Positions 27,320 to 32,000 of a DNA stretch of 32,000 nucleotides are shown here, piece by piece. A program made the position numbers and the translations under genes. Position 1 is the first letter of the stretch. Each line of letters begins with the position of its first letter. The stretch comes from Nanobdella aerobiophila (GTDB taxonomy: Archaea > Nanobdellota > Nanobdellia > Nanobdellales > Nanobdellaceae), in the NCBI RefSeq assembly GCF_023169545.1, contig NZ_AP019769.1, forward strand, positions 1 through 32,000, written 5' to 3'. The notes under the pieces are model-generated. The model did no database searches, was not told the origin of the DNA, and saw nothing but the letters and a program-made list of their open reading frames with translations.

Positions 27320-27393
27320 GGGCCTGTAGTCTAGCCAGGCCAGGACGGTGGGCTCCAGACCCATTGGTCGGGGTTCAAATCCCCGCAGGCCCA
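27320..27393 (+). tRNA. tRNA-Trp (CCA), no intron
   Basis: GGGCCTG TA GTCT AGCCAGGCCA GGAC G GTGGG CTCCAGA CCCAT TGGT CGGGG TTCAAAT CCCCG CAGGCCC A; all four stems pair, anticodon loop CU-CCA-GA. Confidence 0.9.
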
Positions 27394-27398
27394 AGACC

Positions 27399-27590
27399 TC
27401 ATATATTAAAATTTTTTGATAGATTATAATAAGAATTATTCAAATTATTATTGGAGCTATTTGTTATTAGGTTAGAAGAGGTAGATATAGGATGTAATGT
27501 ACCAGTTATAAATAATAATATAACTACAAGGACAATTATAGCTATAATAATTATTATTATAGTTTCTATAGAAATATTTTGACCTTTCAT
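27399..27590 (-). CDS. Mini type IV pilin-like / class III signal peptide protein (63 aa)
   Basis: MKGQNISIETIIIIIIAIIVLVVILLFITG...: basic start, G|Q processing-like site, long hydrophobic helix, then a short polar N/S-rich tail. Confidence 0.6.
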   Translation of the reverse strand: MKGQNISIETIIIIIIAIIVLVVILLFITGTLHPISTSSNLITNSSNNNLNNSYYNLSKNFNI

Positions 27591-27787
27591 TATGTTAGAT
27601 TAGATAGATTATTTACTACACCGACTACCTGATTCGTCTGATTTGCGGCAGCATTACCTATACTACTTGTACTTCTTACCCCATTTCCAAAAGAACCAGA
27701 AAAGAATAATATTATAAGTACTAGAACTATTAGAGCAATAATAATAATAATTATCGTGTTAATTGGCATGCTCTGTCCTTTTCTCAT
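27590..27787 (-). CDS. Mini type IV pilin-like / class III signal peptide protein (65 aa)
   Basis: MRKGQSMPINTIIIIIIALIVLVLIILFFSG...: paralogous to the downstream ORF; stop and start overlap (TAATG). Confidence 0.6.
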   Translation of the reverse strand: MRKGQSMPINTIIIIIIALIVLVLIILFFSGSFGNGVRSTSSIGNAAANQTNQVVGVVNNLSNLT

Positions 27788-27839
27788 ATAGAATATATCA
27801 TAAAGGAATTTATAAATATTATATTAAAATTTTTATTAT

Positions 27840-29738
27840 ATGTGGATAATAAAGGAATTACTCAAAGACTACGATATAGAATATTCATATCCTCCAAGAG
27901 GTATAGATTATGATATTTCATTACAATTATTTAAAGAATTTAAAAAAGTCGATAATAAAGAAAAACTATTAAATGATATAATAGAAAAAATAAAGGATTA
28001 TGTATTGGATTATAAATTGATTAATGGATATCTAAATATAAAATTGAATAAAAAGAAGTTATTGACCAGATATAATGATTTATTTAAATTTGAGAAAAAT
28101 AATAAATTAATATTTTTGGAGCATACGTCCGCAAACCCAAACAAATCATTGCATATTGGGCACCTAAGAAATTCTATGCTCGGTGATTCTTTATATAAGG
28201 TATTTAAATTACTTAATTATAATATAATTGTATTAAATTATATAGATGATACAGGTGCACAGGTTGCGGATAATGTATTAGGAATATATTTATTAAAAAT
28301 TCCAAAGGATCCAAAAGAATTTAATCTAGAAATTATCATAAATAATATAAAAGAATTTTTAATAAAGGAAAATTTATATATAGAAAATATAGAAGAAAAA
28401 ATAAGAGAAATATTTCTAAATAGGATGAAATCTTTGAAAGAACTATATGGATATGAGATACCTGAGAAAATAGATCATTATTATGGAGATTTTGTATATG
28501 TAATAGTTAATAAATTATATGATATCATTCCGGGATTAGAAAAATATAAATATAAAATAATAAATGATCTAGAAAATGGAAATAATGAAGTATCTAGATT
28601 ATCTGAAGAAATATCTGAGAAGATATTAATCGAACAATTAAATACATTATCGAAATTTGATATATATTATGATATACTAATAAAAGAATCTGATATAATT
28701 AAATATGAATTATTTAAAGAAGCATTAAGTATATTATTAGATAGAGGGTTTGCTAAGAAGATTCGAGGGACTGAAGGTAGTTTGATCGTATTAGATTTAA
28801 CTTTATGGCCCGATGTGGAAAGGGCATATGCAAACTCAGAAAAAATATTAATAAGAGCAGATGGTACTGCTACATATATAGCTAAGGATATTGCTTATGC
28901 TCTATGGAAACATGGAATTATAAATAGAAATATTAAATTTAAGGAAAAAATATTGCAGAAAAATAATTCATATATATTGGAAATAGATGATAATGGTAAT
29001 ATAAATATTAATCCTGCAGATATATCAATAAATGTAATAGGAGCGGAACAGGCTCATAATCAGATGATGGTAAAAAGAGTAGTAGAATCTTTAGATAATA
29101 ATAAAAAGTACATACACTATAGTTATGGATTGGTAATGTTAAATAAAAATACAGCAAAAATATTTGGAATCAATGATGATAAGGTTAAGATGTCTGGAAG
29201 AAAAGGATTATATATAAATGTAGATGACTTATATAATAAATTATATAATATAGCTTTAGAAAAATTTGATAAGATATTAGCAGAAAAAATTATCCGTAGT
29301 TTTATATCTTTAGAAATGTTGAAATATGATAAAAATACAGTTATAAATTTCGATATAAATAAAATGCTAAATTTAGAAGAAGGAAATGCAATATACTTTA
29401 TGTATACATATGCAAGGATAAATTCTTTATTAAATAAGGCTGGAAATATAGATTTGAATATCGATATAGGTGAATTAAATAAATACGAAGAAAAATTGAT
29501 AATAGAATTATTCAAATTTAAGGATGTATTATATGAAGTAGAAAATAATTTGGAGATTAATGTATTATATAAATATCTAGTTGAATTATCTAGAGAATTT
29601 AATAATTTTTATCAACATGTTCCTATATTAAATAATAAAGATACATATCCCCATAGAATATTTCTAGCATATTTAACAAAGATTGTAATGGAAAAGATAT
29701 TTTATGTATTAAAAATAGATACTGTAGATAAGATATAA
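27840..29738 (+). CDS. argS: Arginyl-tRNA synthetase
   Basis: 'EHTSANPNKSLHIGHLRNSMLGD' (HIGH-like), 'NVIGAEQAHNQMMV', 'VKMSGRKGLYINVDDL', C-terminal DALR-like helical domain. Confidence 0.95.
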   Translation: MWIIKELLKDYDIEYSYPPRGIDYDISLQLFKEFKKVDNKEKLLNDIIEKIKDYVLDYKLINGYLNIKLNKKKLLTRYNDLFKFEKNNKLIFLEHTSANPNKSLHIGHLRNSMLGDSLYKVFKLLNYNIIVLNYIDDTGAQVADNVLGIYLLKIPKDPKEFNLEIIINNIKEFLIKENLYIENIEEKIREIFLNRMKSLKELYGYEIPEKIDHYYGDFVYVIVNKLYDIIPGLEKYKYKIINDLENGNNEVSRLSEEISEKILIEQLNTLSKFDIYYDILIKESDIIKYELFKEALSILLDRGFAKKIRGTEGSLIVLDLTLWPDVERAYANSEKILIRADGTATYIAKDIAYALWKHGIINRNIKFKEKILQKNNSYILEIDDNGNININPADISINVIGAEQAHNQMMVKRVVESLDNNKKYIHYSYGLVMLNKNTAKIFGINDDKVKMSGRKGLYINVDDLYNKLYNIALEKFDKILAEKIIRSFISLEMLKYDKNTVINFDINKMLNLEEGNAIYFMYTYARINSLLNKAGNIDLNIDIGELNKYEEKLIIELFKFKDVLYEVENNLEINVLYKYLVELSREFNNFYQHVPILNNKDTYPHRIFLAYLTKIVMEKIFYVLKIDTVDKI

Positions 29739-29772
29739 ATATTTAAAAATATAATCCTATATAAATGATAAC

Positions 29773-30087
29773 ATGTCAATGATAAGAATAAAAATGTGGG
29801 GTACAGATCTAGATACATTAAATCATTTTACAAATAGTATATTAAAGATTATAGAACAATTGGGTATTGAAAAAAGAGGACCAGTAACATTACCTACTAA
29901 AATAATTAGGATACCATCTATGAGAACTTTGGGAAAGAGAGGAACCAAGATATATGAAACATATCAGATGAAGATATATAGAAGATTTATTGATGTAGCA
30001 AATGATGAGAGATTCTTTAAAAGCTATTTTATAAATATGCAAATACCATCTAGAGGATTTAGAATTTCTCTTAAAATATTGAAATAA
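29773..30087 (+). CDS. rps10: Ribosomal protein uS10
   Basis: 'IRIKMWGTDLDTLNHFTNSILKI...GPVTLPTKIIRIPSMRTLGKRGTKIYETYQMKIYRRFIDV'. Confidence 0.93.
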   Translation: MSMIRIKMWGTDLDTLNHFTNSILKIIEQLGIEKRGPVTLPTKIIRIPSMRTLGKRGTKIYETYQMKIYRRFIDVANDERFFKSYFINMQIPSRGFRISLKILK

Positions 30088-30094
30088 TTTTTAA

Positions 30095-31078
30095 ATGACA
30101 TATGTTTTAGTCAGATTAGATGGACTATATATATTTGATGACGATATAAATAATTTTAAACTTAAAGAATTAAGTTTTGATATTAAAGAACTGATTGATA
30201 TAGAATCAAGAAAATTACCAGATAAAATAAAAGAATTAATAAAGGATGATTATATATTTATTGGGCAAAAATTTGAAAATTATAGATATACAGATGATGT
30301 AAAAATAATAAGGAAGGCATTAGAAAAAGTTAAAGATAGATATAACAATGAATTATTATTAAATTTATTAAAAGAAAAAATATCTAATTCTGTTTCTAAA
30401 GATGAATTAATCATACAGGCAATTAGGTTTTTAGATAATTTAAATAAGTCAATAAATCTAATTGTAGAAATGTTTAGAGAGTGGTATGGCTTATATTTTC
30501 CAGAAATATCACAAAATATAGAAGATCATGAAAAATTTGTAAAAACTATATTAAATAAAAAAAGAGAAGATCTTATTAAAGAATATAATATTAAGATCAC
30601 TATGGGTGGAAAGATATTTGATGAAGCTGATTATAATATATTGAATAATATTGGTTCTCATCTATATAATTTATATACACTAAGAAAAAATATAGAAGAT
30701 TATATAGAAAAATTAATGAAAGAATATGCTCCAAATTTATCTGAGATTGCTACTCCAAATATTGGCGCAAGGTTAATCGCTTTGGCAGGTGGTTTAAAAG
30801 ACTTATCTTCATTACCATCTTCAACAATACAAATACTTGGAGCAGAAAAAGCATTATTTATGCATTTAACTAAGAAAGCAAAGCCACCAAAACATGGAGT
30901 AATATTTAATCATCCTTATCTACAAAAATTACCACAAAAGGCCAGGGGTGCGATGGCCAGAACATTAGCATCAAAAATATCTATAGCTGCTAGGGCAGAT
31001 ATAAATAAGGATATAATATATGATAAATTAAAGGCAGAATTAGATAGAAGATATGAACAGTTGAAGAATAGAAAATGA
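30095..31078 (+). CDS. Nop5/Nop56-like C/D-box snoRNP core protein
   Basis: 'WYGLYFPEIS', 'APNLSEIATPNIGARLIALAGGLKDLSSLPSSTIQILGAEKALF', 'PKHGVIFNHPYLQKLPQKARGAMARTLASKISIAARAD'. Confidence 0.95.
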   Translation: MTYVLVRLDGLYIFDDDINNFKLKELSFDIKELIDIESRKLPDKIKELIKDDYIFIGQKFENYRYTDDVKIIRKALEKVKDRYNNELLLNLLKEKISNSVSKDELIIQAIRFLDNLNKSINLIVEMFREWYGLYFPEISQNIEDHEKFVKTILNKKREDLIKEYNIKITMGGKIFDEADYNILNNIGSHLYNLYTLRKNIEDYIEKLMKEYAPNLSEIATPNIGARLIALAGGLKDLSSLPSSTIQILGAEKALFMHLTKKAKPPKHGVIFNHPYLQKLPQKARGAMARTLASKISIAARADINKDIIYDKLKAELDRRYEQLKNRK

Positions 31079-31749
31079 AACTCAAACCATTAAAGGAGAA
31101 TAAGAATATATTCATTGATGATAAAGGAAGATTATACACAAAAAATTTAGTTAAAGGACAGAAGGTATATACAGAAAAAGTATTTAAGTACAATAATGAA
31201 GAATATAGAGAATGGGTCCTAAAGAAATCTAAATTGAGTGCTTCTATTAAGAAAAATATAGGTTTAGTTCCAATAAATGAAGGAGATAGAGTATTATATT
31301 TAGGTATAGCTGCAGGAACTACAGCATCACATATATCAGATATAATAGGCAATGATGGTATGATATTTGGTATAGATATTGCTCCTAGAATATTAAGGGA
31401 ATTGGTTCCAATAATATATAAGAGGGATAATATAATTGGTTTATTAAATGATTCTGATAAGCCGGATAGTTATCTACATATAGTTCCTAAAGTAGATATA
31501 GTGTACCAAGACGTAGCACAACCTCATCAGATAAAGATATTTTTAGAAAATATAGATTATTATTTAAAAAATAGGGGATATGGATTTTTGGCAGTAAAAG
31601 CAAGATCAATAAATGTTGCGAAGGATCCTAAAGAAATATTTAAAGATGTGAGAAAATCATTAGAGGATCATAGTTTAAATATTTTAAAAGAAGTTAGATT
31701 AGAGCCATATCATAAAGATCATGCAATGTTTTTAATAGAAAATAAATAA
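31075..31749 (+). CDS. flpA: Fibrillarin-like rRNA/tRNA 2'-O-methyltransferase
   Basis: 'VLYLGIAAGTTASHISDIIGNDGMIFGIDIAPRILRELV', 'VDIVYQDVAQPHQ', 'LAVKARSINVAKDP'; overlaps the Nop5 stop. Confidence 0.95.
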   Translation: MKLKPLKENKNIFIDDKGRLYTKNLVKGQKVYTEKVFKYNNEEYREWVLKKSKLSASIKKNIGLVPINEGDRVLYLGIAAGTTASHISDIIGNDGMIFGIDIAPRILRELVPIIYKRDNIIGLLNDSDKPDSYLHIVPKVDIVYQDVAQPHQIKIFLENIDYYLKNRGYGFLAVKARSINVAKDPKEIFKDVRKSLEDHSLNILKEVRLEPYHKDHAMFLIENK

Positions 31750-31774
31750 AAATTTTCTGTATATTCTTAATAAA

Positions 31775-32000
31775 TGGATATATATGTATGTAATCTATGT
31801 GGGCATATATTAAGTGGATCTAATAAATATAATAAACATATAATTAAATCGCATATATTAAAGGGTAGATATAATCATAGAAAATTTAAGAAATTACAGA
31901 ATAAGGTATTATTTATAAATGTGAAGGATGAGAACAATATACCCCTGAATCTTGAAGAAAGATATATAAGATCAAAGATAAAAAGAAAGATATTAAAATT
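31775..32000 (+). CDS. Partial ORF with an N-terminal C2H2-like zinc motif (runs off the window)
   Basis: Hand translation gives MDIYVCNLCGHILSGSNKYNKHIIKSHILKGRYNHRKFKKLQNKVLFINVKDENNIPLNLEERYIRSKIKRKILK...; no stop before 32000. Confidence 0.5.

Noticed and set aside
27465-27786. Near-repetitive ATAATTATTATTAT tracts as possible repeats or a CRISPR-like element
   Set aside because: They encode the poly-isoleucine helices of the two mini-pilin ORFs; no repeat-spacer structure.
1-32000. A defence system, mobile element or prophage as the hidden novel system
   Set aside because: Almost all genes are core information-processing genes; I found no transposase, integrase, cas, restriction-modification or toxin-antitoxin genes. 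The PIN domain at 3549 belongs to a conserved PIN-ATPase, not a VapC toxin.

Overview
This 32 kb window is A/T-rich and densely packed with genes. It looks like a core chromosomal segment of a small-genome archaeon, most plausibly DPANN/Nanoarchaeota-like (inference from gene content, truncated proteins and tRNA features; no marker search was run). From left to right it encodes: Orc1/Cdc6, PolD small subunit, Rpo11 (RpoL), PIN-KH ATPase, ABCE1, a small DUF5679-like zinc protein (minus strand, missed by the ORF track), a C-terminally truncated RqcH/NEMF-like protein, a polytopic membrane protein fused to a SAM methyltransferase, a miniature GH1-like protein, a topoisomerase IA without C-terminal zinc fingers, thymidylate kinase, aCPSF1/FttA, proteasome beta, TBP, IleRS, a membrane-anchored DsbA-like protein, aEF1A, an intron-containing tRNA, MCM, an OB-fold/winged-helix RPA-like protein, aIF2beta, a DUF424-like protein, a short NMD3-like protein, a 41-aa acidic protein, aIF1A, tRNA-Trp, two tandem mini-pilin-like ORFs, ArgRS, S10, Nop5 and fibrillarin. 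I see no CRISPR array, transposon or classical defence system. The most interesting items are a tRNA-Ile reading UAU with a canonical bulge-helix-bulge intron, the membrane-protein/methyltransferase fusion, the truncated RqcH-like protein, a start-less protein fragment against the tRNA gene, tandem mini-pilins, and a possible origin upstream of cdc6.
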